Shown here: piece by piece, positions 52,722-62,419 of the stretch | How positions within the stretch are numbered: the first letter of the stretch is position 1 | Layout of the letters: the number at the start of each line of letters is the position of its first letter | Assembly: GCA_030153785.1 (NCBI GenBank) | Contig: JASKLF010000004.1 | Span: 91,797-155,796 of the forward strand | Reading direction: 5' to 3' | DNA: 64,000 bases | Origin: a bacterium | GTDB taxonomy: Bacteria > Synergistota > GBS-1 | The notes under the pieces: model-generated | What the model was told of the DNA's origin: nothing | The model's database searches: none | What the model saw: only the letters and a program-made list of their open reading frames with translations | Position numbers and translations under genes: made by a program

Positions 52722-54764
52722 ATGGGAATCCATGAGTATGAGAAGGGAAGGGTATTTTTTTTGTTTTTTTTCATTCTTTTGGCGTTTAATATGGAGCTAT
52801 ATGCTTCTCCTAAACCTCCTCCGCCCTTACCTGGCTTAGTTCCGCCGGAGCAAATTGCTCCGCCTCGTGAAGTAAAAAGAAACCCGGAGAGGGCGCTCGA
52901 GCTTTTTAAGGAAGCGGTAAAGCTCTTTTGGCTTGGAAACTATGACGAAGCCTTAAGGATGTTTGATCAGGTTATAAAAACGGACCTTTATGCTCTTGAG
53001 CCTTATTATTGGAAAGGTTTAATATATCTGAGACAGGGATTTTTTGAAGAAGCCAAGAGAATGTTTGAGTATTATCTCGAAGTAAAACCTGCCGACCTGC
53101 GCTTGATAAGGGCTCTTGAAAAGGTAAATAAAGACACGCTTCCTTATCTTTCAATACCTCAATTTAATTTCCCTAAAAATTATGAGATTATTAACCCCTT
53201 TGAAGAGGCGAAAGAGAAAGAAGGGCTCTTAAAGAGCTTAAAGGATACATTCGTTAACCCCGTATACAATCCCTCGGCTGTGGCACTGGGTCCGGATGGG
53301 AATCTGTATTTAGCAGATTACGGAAGGGGCAAGATTTTTGTTCTCACAAAAGATGGGTTAATTTTAAGATCGTGGGGAGGTCTTAGAAATCCTTCGGGAA
53401 TAGCTGTTTCCCTGGATGGTAAAGTATATGTATCTGATTTTTCAGAAAGCAAAGTTTATGTTTTTGACCTTTTCGGAAAACTCATAAAATCCTTTGGAGA
53501 GGGAGAAATATTAAATCCTCAAGGGTTAGCTATTGGTCCTTACGGTTATCTTTACGTTTGTGACTGGGGAAATCATCGCTTATGCAAGTATACCTTAGAT
53601 GGCAAATTCATCAGGAGCATAGGAGATGGGGTTTTGTGGGAACCCCTTGCGGTTTGTGTGGATAGTAAGGGAGACATATGGGTTTCCGATGGTAGCGAAA
53701 GATGCCTGTTTCGTTTCGGATGGGATGGTTTGCTTAAGGGTCGATTTTTGGAAGATGTATTTTCAAGGTCTTTATCTTTAGACTTAAAGGGTAGAGTTAT
53801 TGTGGCTGATGAGGAGAGAAAAAAATTGTTTATTATAGAAAAAGATAGGGTCACGGAAAAAATAAATATTTCCAAGGCTTTAACCTTATCCTCCGTGACT
53901 ACCGATGACTTCGGCAACTTATTTTCCTTTGACTTCGACCGGTTTGCTTTTTATAAAGTGGAGAGTCCTTTCCATACGGGTAAGGTGGAAATAAGGATAT
54001 CCAAGTTTGATATTAAGGAAAGCCTTGAACGAGATGCGGAAATAGAAATTTCCGAAGGTTGGTATCCTCTTCCGTTGGAGAAAGTGGGACTGTTTGTTAG
54101 AGTTATCGATGGAGACTGGATAATCGAGCCTTCAAGTCTTACTAAAACCGATAAACCGCTGATAATAGGAGTGGTAGTTGATCCTGAAGTAGCAGATTTA
54201 TCTGAAGAGATTTTGAAGCTTGTCAGGCTTAAGATGTTTATGGTTGATAGAGCATTCGTATTAGGGGCTTTTAATTCTGGGAAATTGCCTCCCAACAAGT
54301 GGAAGTGGGAAAGTTCGAAGGGGAAATTTGATGGCAAAGTCTCTTTAGATGAAGCCCTTAAACTTTTGATTCAGGAGGACAAGAAAAGAATACTGGTATA
54401 TTGCGGGATACCGCCTGACCTCCCTGAGAGTGAAATGCGAAGATTGGCTTATTTCATGAGAAAACATCAGATCAGGCTTTTTTTGATTTCTGATAGAGAG
54501 CCAAATCCTATGTGGGAAGGGTTAGTAGCTTATACAGGTGGCAAGTTCTGGAATATATATTATGTGAGCGAAGAGATGCCTATGGCTGAGCTTTTTAGAG
54601 ATTCGCCCTTCCAAAGTTATTTACTGTCTTATATGGCTCTGCCTGTAGGAAACAAAAGCGAAGCTAAAAGAAGTCTAAGGGTCTTTTTAGAGATGCCCTT
54701 TGCCCATTATGAGGATGAAGTTACTTACTACTCATGGCTTGAGCCAGAAAAGGTTTTACGCTAA
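52722..54764 (+). CDS. exported TPR + NHL-repeat protein with an uncharacterised C-terminal domain
   Basis: Hydrophobic N-terminus, Pro-rich linker, TPR-like helices and five or more NHL repeats (NPSGIAVS.DGKVYVSD). Confidence 0.85.
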   Translation: MGIHEYEKGRVFFLFFFILLAFNMELYASPKPPPPLPGLVPPEQIAPPREVKRNPERALELFKEAVKLFWLGNYDEALRMFDQVIKTDLYALEPYYWKGLIYLRQGFFEEAKRMFEYYLEVKPADLRLIRALEKVNKDTLPYLSIPQFNFPKNYEIINPFEEAKEKEGLLKSLKDTFVNPVYNPSAVALGPDGNLYLADYGRGKIFVLTKDGLILRSWGGLRNPSGIAVSLDGKVYVSDFSESKVYVFDLFGKLIKSFGEGEILNPQGLAIGPYGYLYVCDWGNHRLCKYTLDGKFIRSIGDGVLWEPLAVCVDSKGDIWVSDGSERCLFRFGWDGLLKGRFLEDVFSRSLSLDLKGRVIVADEERKKLFIIEKDRVTEKINISKALTLSSVTTDDFGNLFSFDFDRFAFYKVESPFHTGKVEIRISKFDIKESLERDAEIEISEGWYPLPLEKVGLFVRVIDGDWIIEPSSLTKTDKPLIIGVVVDPEVADLSEEILKLVRLKMFMVDRAFVLGAFNSGKLPPNKWKWESSKGKFDGKVSLDEALKLLIQEDKKRILVYCGIPPDLPESEMRRLAYFMRKHQIRLFLISDREPNPMWEGLVAYTGGKFWNIYYVSEEMPMAELFRDSPFQSYLLSYMALPVGNKSEAKRSLRVFLEMPFAHYEDEVTYYSWLEPEKVLR

Positions 54765-54785
54765 CTCTGATAAGGGGGTGGATTT

Positions 54786-55655
54786 ATGAGCGTTAAAAAG
54801 GCTGTATTTCCAGTTGCTGGTCTTGGAACGAGATTCTTACCTGCTACGAAGGTGATACCTAAAGAGATGTTGCCTCTTGTAGATAAGCCCCTTGTCCAAT
54901 ATTCGGTTGAAGAGGCTGTATCTGCTGGTATAGACCAGATAATTTTCATAACGGCTAAAGGAAAAAGGGTAATAGAAGACTATTTCGACAGGTTTCCCGA
55001 GCTTGAGGCCACTTTAAGGGAAAAGGGAATGGATGAACTGGTTGAATCTATGATATCTACTTCTGAGATGGCAGACTTTATTTTCATCAGACAGAAAGAG
55101 CCAAAGGGCCTTGGGCATGCCATACTTTGTTCCAAGCCAGTTGTAGAACACGAATATTTTGCCGTGTTTCTTGCTGACGATGTCATAGTTGGAGAAAGTC
55201 CTGCCATATCCTCTTTACTGAATGTTCATGAGAGGTATGGTGTAAGCGTTGTCGCCCTTGAGGAAGTATCCCCGGAAGAGGTTTCAAGATATGGCATAGT
55301 GAAGGTTGAACAAATAGAGAAGGATATTTACAAAGTTGTTGACCTCGTTGAAAAACCTGCCGTAGAGGAGGCGCCTTCCAATCTTGCAATAATTGGTAGA
55401 TATGTGCTTTCTCCCAAAATATTTAGGTGTTTAGAGAATGTAAAGCCCGGAGCGGGAGGGGAGATTCAGCTTACCGATGCTATGAGGCTTCTTCTTGAGG
55501 AAGAGCCCATATACGGCGTTAAATACAGGGGCAAAAGATACGATTGCGGAACGATAGAGAGCTTTATTAAGGCTACCGTGGAGCTTGCTTTACAGCATGA
55601 GGATTTCAAGAGAGACTTTAAGGCCTTTCTTAAGAAGGTAATGGGAGACTGGTGA
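54786..55655 (+). CDS. galU: UTP--glucose-1-phosphate uridylyltransferase
   Basis: PVAGLGTRFLPATK..PKEMLP, VEKP and GEIQLTDA motifs. Confidence 0.97.
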   Translation: MSVKKAVFPVAGLGTRFLPATKVIPKEMLPLVDKPLVQYSVEEAVSAGIDQIIFITAKGKRVIEDYFDRFPELEATLREKGMDELVESMISTSEMADFIFIRQKEPKGLGHAILCSKPVVEHEYFAVFLADDVIVGESPAISSLLNVHERYGVSVVALEEVSPEEVSRYGIVKVEQIEKDIYKVVDLVEKPAVEEAPSNLAIIGRYVLSPKIFRCLENVKPGAGGEIQLTDAMRLLLEEEPIYGVKYRGKRYDCGTIESFIKATVELALQHEDFKRDFKAFLKKVMGDW

Positions 55656-55661
55656 GCTGAC

Positions 55662-57485
55662 ATGTGTGGAATAATAGGCTATTTAGGACATAGGAATGCG
55701 ACTCCCATTCTTCTTGAGGGGCTCTACCGTCTGGAATATCGAGGTTATGACTCCGCAGGTGTAGCTGTTCTTTCCGATGGAAAAATAAAGATTGTAAAGA
55801 CCGCTGGCAAGATAAAAGACCTCGAAAACCTTATTAAGGGAAGAGACCTCTTTGGGGGGCTTGGTATAGGTCATACTCGATGGGCTACCCATGGGATTCC
55901 TAACGATGTTAACGCTCATCCTCATGTGGATGTGACGGGTAAATTTGCATTGGTTCATAACGGGATAATAGAGAACTACAAGGAGATAAAGGAGGAGCTT
56001 CAGCTGGAAGGAGTTCGCTTCTCCTCGGAAACGGATACAGAGGTAATAGTTCAGCTAATCAGTAAATACTATTCGGGAAACTTGGAGGAGGCTGTTGCGA
56101 AGGCATTAAGGAGGCTTGACGGTTCTTATGCCATCGCTGTAATTTCAACTGAGGAACCGAGAAAACTTGTCGCTGCAAGATATGGCAGTCCCTTGGTTCT
56201 GGGCATAGGAGAGGGTGAAACCTTTCTTGCCTCAGATGTCCCTGCTATACTGCCTTATACTAGAAAGGTGATCTATCTTGAAGATAGGGAAATCGTGGTA
56301 ATAGAGGAGTCGACTTGGTGGGTCTTTGACCTTGATGAAAATAGGAAGACGAAACAGCTTCATTTTGTAGAGTGGGACAGTTCCATGGTTTCTCGTGGAG
56401 GTTACAAACACTACATGTTGAAGGAGATTAACGAACAGGGAAGCGTGGTAAGAAATGCTTTAAAAGGAAGGCTGATGGAAAGGGATCTAAACTTAAGCGA
56501 GCTTGATATAGATGAGGATTATATAAAAAACCTGGACAAAATTTTCATCGTGGCTTGTGGAACTTCTTATCATGCGGGTTTAGTAGGTAAACATCTCTTT
56601 GAAAAATGGGCGAGGATTCCCGTTGAAGTAGATATAGGCTCCGAATTTAGATATAGGGACCCCATAATTCCTAAAGGAAGCTTAACCATAGCGATCTCCC
56701 AGTCCGGCGAGACCGCCGATACATTAGCTGGTTTAAGGGAAGCAAAGGCAAAGGGCGCCTTTACGCTGGCTTTGGCAAATGTTCAGGGGAGCACTGTAAC
56801 GAGGGAAGCCCATCGAACTATGTATTTAAGAGCGGGACCGGAAATTGGGGTAGCTTCAACGAAAGCCTTTACTGCTCAGCTTTCCGCTCTCTATCTTTTG
56901 GCTCTAAAGTTTGCTCAGATAAGGAGAACCTTAACCGAAAGGGAGATAGAAAGGATAATAAGGGAGCTGTGGCAACTTCCATATCATATCGAGGCTTGTC
57001 TTGCTCTTTCACCTCAGATTAAGGAGCTTGCACAGAAATACTACCACTATTCTAACTTTCTTTACCTTGCGAGAGGGATAAATTATCCTATTGCAATGGA
57101 GGGAGCGTTAAAACTCAAAGAGATTTCTTATATCCACGCTGAGGCCTATGCCGCCGGTGAAATGAAACATGGCCCAATAGCTTTAATCGATGAGCTAATG
57201 CCCGTATTGGTAATAGTTCCCAGAGACAAGCTTTATGCTAAAACTTTAAGCAATATTCAGGAGGCTAAAGCCAGACATGCAAAGCTTATAGCTCTTGCTA
57301 CTGAAGGAGACGAATCCATCAAATCTCATGTCTCAGATGTTTTGTATGTTCCTGAAGTTCTTGAGGAGTTCTATCCAATAATCAATGTTATACCTTTACA
57401 GCTTTTTGCTTACTATGTAGCCGACATATTGGGAAGGGAGATAGACCAGCCAAGAAACCTTGCTAAAAGCGTCACTGTGGAGTAA
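55662..57485 (+). CDS. glmS: glutamine--fructose-6-phosphate aminotransferase
   Basis: MCGI N-terminus, GHTRWATHG, SQSGET and PRNLAKSVTVE motifs. Confidence 0.99.
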   Translation: MCGIIGYLGHRNATPILLEGLYRLEYRGYDSAGVAVLSDGKIKIVKTAGKIKDLENLIKGRDLFGGLGIGHTRWATHGIPNDVNAHPHVDVTGKFALVHNGIIENYKEIKEELQLEGVRFSSETDTEVIVQLISKYYSGNLEEAVAKALRRLDGSYAIAVISTEEPRKLVAARYGSPLVLGIGEGETFLASDVPAILPYTRKVIYLEDREIVVIEESTWWVFDLDENRKTKQLHFVEWDSSMVSRGGYKHYMLKEINEQGSVVRNALKGRLMERDLNLSELDIDEDYIKNLDKIFIVACGTSYHAGLVGKHLFEKWARIPVEVDIGSEFRYRDPIIPKGSLTIAISQSGETADTLAGLREAKAKGAFTLALANVQGSTVTREAHRTMYLRAGPEIGVASTKAFTAQLSALYLLALKFAQIRRTLTEREIERIIRELWQLPYHIEACLALSPQIKELAQKYYHYSNFLYLARGINYPIAMEGALKLKEISYIHAEAYAAGEMKHGPIALIDELMPVLVIVPRDKLYAKTLSNIQEAKARHAKLIALATEGDESIKSHVSDVLYVPEVLEEFYPIINVIPLQLFAYYVADILGREIDQPRNLAKSVTVE

Positions 57486-57510
57486 AAAAACAAAAAGGGG
57501 GTGAGGTAGG

Positions 57511-58668
57511 ATGCCAGATTTGGTAATAATAGGAGCTGGGCCAGCCGGGTTAACCGCCGGTATATATGCTTCAAGAGCCTTACTCGATGTTGAGATATTT
57601 GAGAAAGGCCTATTAGGTGGACAGGTGGCAACTGCTACTCATGTAGAAAACTATCCCGGGTTTCCTGAAGGCATAGAGGGAGTAGAGTTGATAGAAAAGA
57701 TGAAGAGACAGGCCGAAAACTTTGGTGCGAAAATAATTTTCGCTGAAGTTAAGGAAATAAACTGGAACGAGAGAAAGCTGGTAACTTCAAGGGGAGAGGT
57801 TGAAACCCAAGCCTTGATAATTGCATCGGGCACTTCTCCTCGAGAACTCGGCGTTCCGGGGGAGAAGGAGTTTAAGGGTAAGGGTGTTTCCTATTGCGCC
57901 GTTTGCGATGGAGCCTTTTATACCGATGAAGAGGTTGTTGTAGTTGGTGGAGGAAATACGGCTGTCGAAGAGGCTCTTTATCTCACTAAATTTGCTTCTA
58001 AAGTATATTTGGTTCATAGAAGAGATTCTCTCAGGGCAGAAAAAATCCTTCAGGAGAGATTGCTCTCCAATCCCAAAGTAGAGGTCTTATGGAATACCGT
58101 GGTCAGGGAAATAAGAGGAGACAACTTCGTTAAAGAAATTCTTGTAGAGGATATCTCTAAGGGAGAAATCAAAGGCATTAAGGCGTCTGGGATATTCGTA
58201 TACATAGGTCTTAAACCAAACACCTCTTTGGTGGAGGGGCTTTTAGAGCTCGATGAGCATGGTTTCATAGTAACTAATGAGGATATGGAAACTTCCGTAG
58301 AAGGGATATTCGCTGCGGGGGATGTTAGGTCCAAGAATCTAAGGCAAATAGCAACTGCTGTGGGAGATGGCGCTATCGCTGCTGTCTCGGCGGAGAAATA
58401 CATAAGGGAGCAAAAGGGTATTGAGGAAGCCATTAGTTCTGCGGGTAAAAAATATATCTTTTTGTTTGACCCGCTGAATGACCTTAGTAGAAAGCTTAAA
58501 AAAGAGATGCCACGTGAAGATATAATAGCCCTTGATAAGTATAAACATTCCCGATTGATATCAAAGTGGGATGTAAAAATACTACCTGTCTTGTTGGTTT
58601 TTGAGGACGGAAAGCTTCTTCAAAAGAGGGAAGGCTTTTCAAGCTGGGAAGAGATAACGATTGAATAA
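57511..58668 (+). CDS. trxB: thioredoxin reductase with a C-terminal thioredoxin-like extension
   Basis: GAGPAG, CAVCDG, GGGNTA, HRRD and AAGDV motifs. Confidence 0.95.
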   Translation: MPDLVIIGAGPAGLTAGIYASRALLDVEIFEKGLLGGQVATATHVENYPGFPEGIEGVELIEKMKRQAENFGAKIIFAEVKEINWNERKLVTSRGEVETQALIIASGTSPRELGVPGEKEFKGKGVSYCAVCDGAFYTDEEVVVVGGGNTAVEEALYLTKFASKVYLVHRRDSLRAEKILQERLLSNPKVEVLWNTVVREIRGDNFVKEILVEDISKGEIKGIKASGIFVYIGLKPNTSLVEGLLELDEHGFIVTNEDMETSVEGIFAAGDVRSKNLRQIATAVGDGAIAAVSAEKYIREQKGIEEAISSAGKKYIFLFDPLNDLSRKLKKEMPREDIIALDKYKHSRLISKWDVKILPVLLVFEDGKLLQKREGFSSWEEITIE

Positions 58669-59377
58669 ATCACTATTTGACCTTCTTGAGGGGCTTCCCC
58701 TTCCAGATTACATTAAGGTTCAAATTAATAACTTTCGCATCCTTGCCTTTCAGTATGCACAATTGGAGACTATAAAGCAAAAACGATGCATAGATGAAAA
58801 GGGAAATCCTATTCCATGGTATACCTATCCCGCTTTAGATTTTCTCAAGGCTTTCGACTTCGGTAAAAAAGTAGTATTTGAATATGGCGGAGGAAGCTCA
58901 ACGCTGTGGTGGGCGGAAAGAGCTGAAAGGGTTGTTACTGTGGAGCATGATAAATCGTGGTATTATAAACTGAAAGAATCAGCATCTTCCTTTACGAATG
59001 TTGAAATAGCCTTGAAAGAGAAAGAAGAAGAGTATGTCAACTACATCTTGGAACAAAGCTCAGCTTTCGATATCGTTGTAGTTGATGGTAGGTGGAGAGG
59101 TAAATGCGCCAGAGTTCTTGGCGGGAAACTGAACAAGGCTTCTGATGAAGGCTACATGGTGATTTTAGATAACTCAGATTGGTATCCCGGTATTTCAAGG
59201 TATTTACGGGAGGAGTTAGACCTTATAGGCGTGGATTTTACCGGTTTTGGTCCCATTAACGGGTATATATGGACGACGAGCGTCTTTCTTTCTCGTAACT
59301 TCAGATTTAAATTTAAGGAGAGCTTTTCAGTTTCAGGGGGCTGTAGGAGAGATGACGACCTATATGAATTATTTTGA
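58661..59377 (+). CDS. class I SAM-dependent methyltransferase-like protein
   Basis: PIPWYTYPA, VFEYGGGSSTLWW, VEHD and VDGR..DN motifs. Confidence 0.75.
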   Translation: MNKSLFDLLEGLPLPDYIKVQINNFRILAFQYAQLETIKQKRCIDEKGNPIPWYTYPALDFLKAFDFGKKVVFEYGGGSSTLWWAERAERVVTVEHDKSWYYKLKESASSFTNVEIALKEKEEEYVNYILEQSSAFDIVVVDGRWRGKCARVLGGKLNKASDEGYMVILDNSDWYPGISRYLREELDLIGVDFTGFGPINGYIWTTSVFLSRNFRFKFKESFSVSGGCRRDDDLYELF

Positions 59378-60095
59378 AAATCTTCTTAAAATGTTATGTG
59401 GTGATAGGTATTCATCCTACTTCTTCAAGTACTTAAATCGTTCCTTCTCTCAGGAAGGGGAGGATATGATTTTAAGAAGAATATTCGGAGACAAAAGGAA
59501 CGGGTTTTATGTGGATGTGGGAGCGCATCATCCTTTCAGATTCTCAAATACCTTTTACTTTTATGAAATAGGATGGAGAGGAATCAATATCGATGCAACG
59601 CCGGGCAGTATGGAGCTCTTTAACAGGTTTAGAAAAAGAGATGTCAATTTAGAGTTAGCCGTAGGTAACAGGAGGGAAAAAAGGAAGTATTTCATTTTCA
59701 ACGAGCCTGCTTTAAACACCTTTGACGAAAGATTGGCAAGGGAGCGAGAAAGAGAGGGTAATTTTAAGGTTGTTGATGTAATAGAGGTGGACACGCTACC
59801 TTTGGCTGACATACTTGATAAATATTTGCCTCAGGGAATCAAAATAGACTTTATGAATGTGGATGTGGAAGGTATGGATCTGGAAGTTTTGCAAAGTAAC
59901 AACTGGGATAGATACAGGCCTTATGTAGTATTGGCTGAGATTACGCCGGCAAGCTTTGTTAAAGAGGCTTTGGAAAGTTCGATATGTTTGTTTATGGAGG
60001 CAATGGGATATAGATTTTTTGCCAAGACCTTTAACACATGCTTTTTCATTGATGTGGCTAACTCGAGCCTTGTAGGGGAGAGACAAATCAGATGA
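59352..60095 (+). CDS. FkbM-family methyltransferase
   Basis: SFSQEGED, YVDVGAHHP, WRGINID and IDFMNVDVEG motifs; start 59352 or 59364. Confidence 0.9.
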   Translation: MTTYMNYFENLLKMLCGDRYSSYFFKYLNRSFSQEGEDMILRRIFGDKRNGFYVDVGAHHPFRFSNTFYFYEIGWRGINIDATPGSMELFNRFRKRDVNLELAVGNRREKRKYFIFNEPALNTFDERLAREREREGNFKVVDVIEVDTLPLADILDKYLPQGIKIDFMNVDVEGMDLEVLQSNNWDRYRPYVVLAEITPASFVKEALESSICLFMEAMGYRFFAKTFNTCFFIDVANSSLVGERQIR

Positions 60096-61030
60096 AAAAG
60101 TTAGCTCCCGTTGTTCTCTTCACCTATAATCGCCTGAGGCACCTGAGAATCACCATAAACGCTTTAAAGGAGAACGATATGGCAGGAGAAAGCATTTTAT
60201 TCATCTTTAGCGATGGCCCGAGGGATGACGAAGATGAAAGCAGGGTCAATGCGGTTAGAGATTTTCTATCGAGAATTAATGGATTTAAGGATGTGATTGT
60301 GGTTAATCGGGACAGAAATTGGGGACTGGCCGATAACATAGTAGATGGAGTAACAAGGGTTATCAATGAATATGGTAGAGCAATAGTGCTTGAAGATGAT
60401 ATAGTTACGAGCCCCTATTTTTTGAGATTTATGAATGAAGCTTTAAGAATATATGAGGGCGAGGATAGAGTAATGCACATTTCGGGTTACATGTTTCCGA
60501 TTAAGAAGGAAGGCCTTCCCGGCGCTTTTTTTATAAAACCTACAACCTGTTGGGGATGGGCTACATGGAAGGAGGCATGGAAAGCTTTTAACCGTGAGGC
60601 AAAAAAGTGGATAGGTTACTTTAACGAGGAGGAGATAAGGGATTTTAATCTAAATCACGCTTACGATTATTGGGAGCAGTTAAGATTAAATTATGAGGGT
60701 AAAATTAAAACATGGGCCATATTCTGGTATCTAAGCGTTTATGCGGTGGGCGGTCTTTCTTTGCATCCCAGAGATTCTTTAACAAGGAACATTGGTTTCG
60801 ATAAAAGAGGCACTCATTGCAGGGAATTACCCTTCCATCGGGATGAGCTTTCTTACAATTCTGAATGGGATTTTCCACGGGAAATTAAGGAAAGCTCCCT
60901 TGCGAGAAACCGCCTTGAGGAATACTTTAACAAGATAAAGGGGCTTTCCCAAAAATCAGCTGAAATTCCAAACTTCTATGCTAACTTAAGGGATCTTATA
61001 AAAAGGATGATATATCATGAAGGTCTGTGA
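60092..61030 (+). CDS. GT-A fold glycosyltransferase
   Basis: APVVLFTYNR, IFSDG, IVLEDD, CWGWATW and NIGFD motifs. Confidence 0.88.
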   Translation: MKKLAPVVLFTYNRLRHLRITINALKENDMAGESILFIFSDGPRDDEDESRVNAVRDFLSRINGFKDVIVVNRDRNWGLADNIVDGVTRVINEYGRAIVLEDDIVTSPYFLRFMNEALRIYEGEDRVMHISGYMFPIKKEGLPGAFFIKPTTCWGWATWKEAWKAFNREAKKWIGYFNEEEIRDFNLNHAYDYWEQLRLNYEGKIKTWAIFWYLSVYAVGGLSLHPRDSLTRNIGFDKRGTHCRELPFHRDELSYNSEWDFPREIKESSLARNRLEEYFNKIKGLSQKSAEIPNFYANLRDLIKRMIYHEGL

Positions 61031-61157
61031 AAGCAAGCTTGCTTTTCGGTTTAGAAGGATAATAGATAAGCTTCCCTTCGGAGAGCTATTGGAGCTTGAG
61101 AGGCTAAAGGAAGCGCTAAAATCCTTATCTAATTGGGACTTAAAGAAGGAAGAGGGA

Positions 61158-62402
61158 GTGTTGGAAGCTCTCTTTAAGTCTTCCATTTTAAATCTCTTAG
61201 CCCGCACCTTGGGATACCTGAAAAACTTTGCCATCGCAATCCTTCTTGGTTTCAGCGTAAAAACGGACGGTTACTTTATGGCTCTTTCTCTTCTTGGCAT
61301 CTTTCTCATCTTTGCCGATGTCTTCGACTCCATCGGGGTTCCAAACCTCGTTAAGGCAAGACAGAAAAACATGGAGGAGTTTAAGAAGCTATCGGGCTTG
61401 CTGTTCACTTTTACCTTGATTTTGGCTACCCTATCTACAATCTTCGCGGTTCTTCTCATGCCTTTCATATTAAAGGTTCCCGTTGGCTTTAAAGAAGAAG
61501 CTTTAGCCTATACTAAGAGCTCTTACCTCATCTTAATTCCATATGTATTTTTATCCTTTATCTTCTACCATTTTGGTGCAGTTCTAAGAAGCTTAAGGAG
61601 ATTCACCGTCTATTTTCTGGGTGAATTTATAATCTCCGTTTGCTCATTTATCGTTGTTACTCTGGGACTTTTATATTACAGAGACTATTGGGTGCTACCC
61701 TTAAGTCTTACCATCTCTCAGGCCTTGGCAACTCTGTTCATGGTTTTTAAAGTCAGAGAGTTCCTTCACATTGAATTTTACATGGATGATAGAATAAAGA
61801 GCCTGTTAAAGCAGTTTCTCCAGCTTTCTGCACTTTATGGCGTTTTTCATCTTTACATGGTCGTGGACAGAGCTTTTGGTTCTATGTTAGGGGAAAAGGC
61901 CGTTTCAGCCTTGACATACGGGCTTATGCTGGCTATCGCTTCTAAGAATGTTTTAAGAATAGAAAGCCTTGCTATAACAAGTCTTTCTGAAGCAGGTGGG
62001 AGCTTGGAAAAGCTGAATTTCTATGTAAAAAGGCTTCTTCTATTATCTGTTCCCTTTTCCATCCTCCTTTTTTCTTTTTCAGAATATATCGTGGGGCTAC
62101 TTCTGGGGTATGGTGCTTTTTCAAAGGTGGATGTAGCTTTAATATCTGAAGCTTTAAGGTTTTACTCCTTAAGCGTTCCCTTTATTTTTTTATGGCTTCT
62201 TGTTTACAGGGTCTTTCAGATAAGGGAGAAGATGGGGAAACTGGTAAAGCTGGCTGTAACCGGCGTTTTTCTAAACGGCGGGTTAAACTATCTTTTTGTG
62301 ATAGAATTAAAGTTAGGCATACCCGGGATTTGTCTGGGAACGCTGGTAGCTTATGTGTTTTTAAGCCTATTTGGTTACAGCATGTTAGATAAACAATCTT
62401 AA
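61158..62402 (+). CDS. MOP-superfamily (MurJ/Wzx-like) polysaccharide flippase
   Basis: About 12 TM segments; TDGYFMA, VDRAFGS and LLGYGAFS motifs. Likely start GTG 61158 or TTG 61161, though the frame is open from 61017. Confidence 0.85.
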   Translation: MLEALFKSSILNLLARTLGYLKNFAIAILLGFSVKTDGYFMALSLLGIFLIFADVFDSIGVPNLVKARQKNMEEFKKLSGLLFTFTLILATLSTIFAVLLMPFILKVPVGFKEEALAYTKSSYLILIPYVFLSFIFYHFGAVLRSLRRFTVYFLGEFIISVCSFIVVTLGLLYYRDYWVLPLSLTISQALATLFMVFKVREFLHIEFYMDDRIKSLLKQFLQLSALYGVFHLYMVVDRAFGSMLGEKAVSALTYGLMLAIASKNVLRIESLAITSLSEAGGSLEKLNFYVKRLLLLSVPFSILLFSFSEYIVGLLLGYGAFSKVDVALISEALRFYSLSVPFIFLWLLVYRVFQIREKMGKLVKLAVTGVFLNGGLNYLFVIELKLGIPGICLGTLVAYVFLSLFGYSMLDKQS

Positions 62403-62419
62403 TTAAGGAGGTAGGCTAA

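Noticed and set aside
55640..55665. glmS ribozyme
   Set aside because: Only 6 bp separate galU and glmS.
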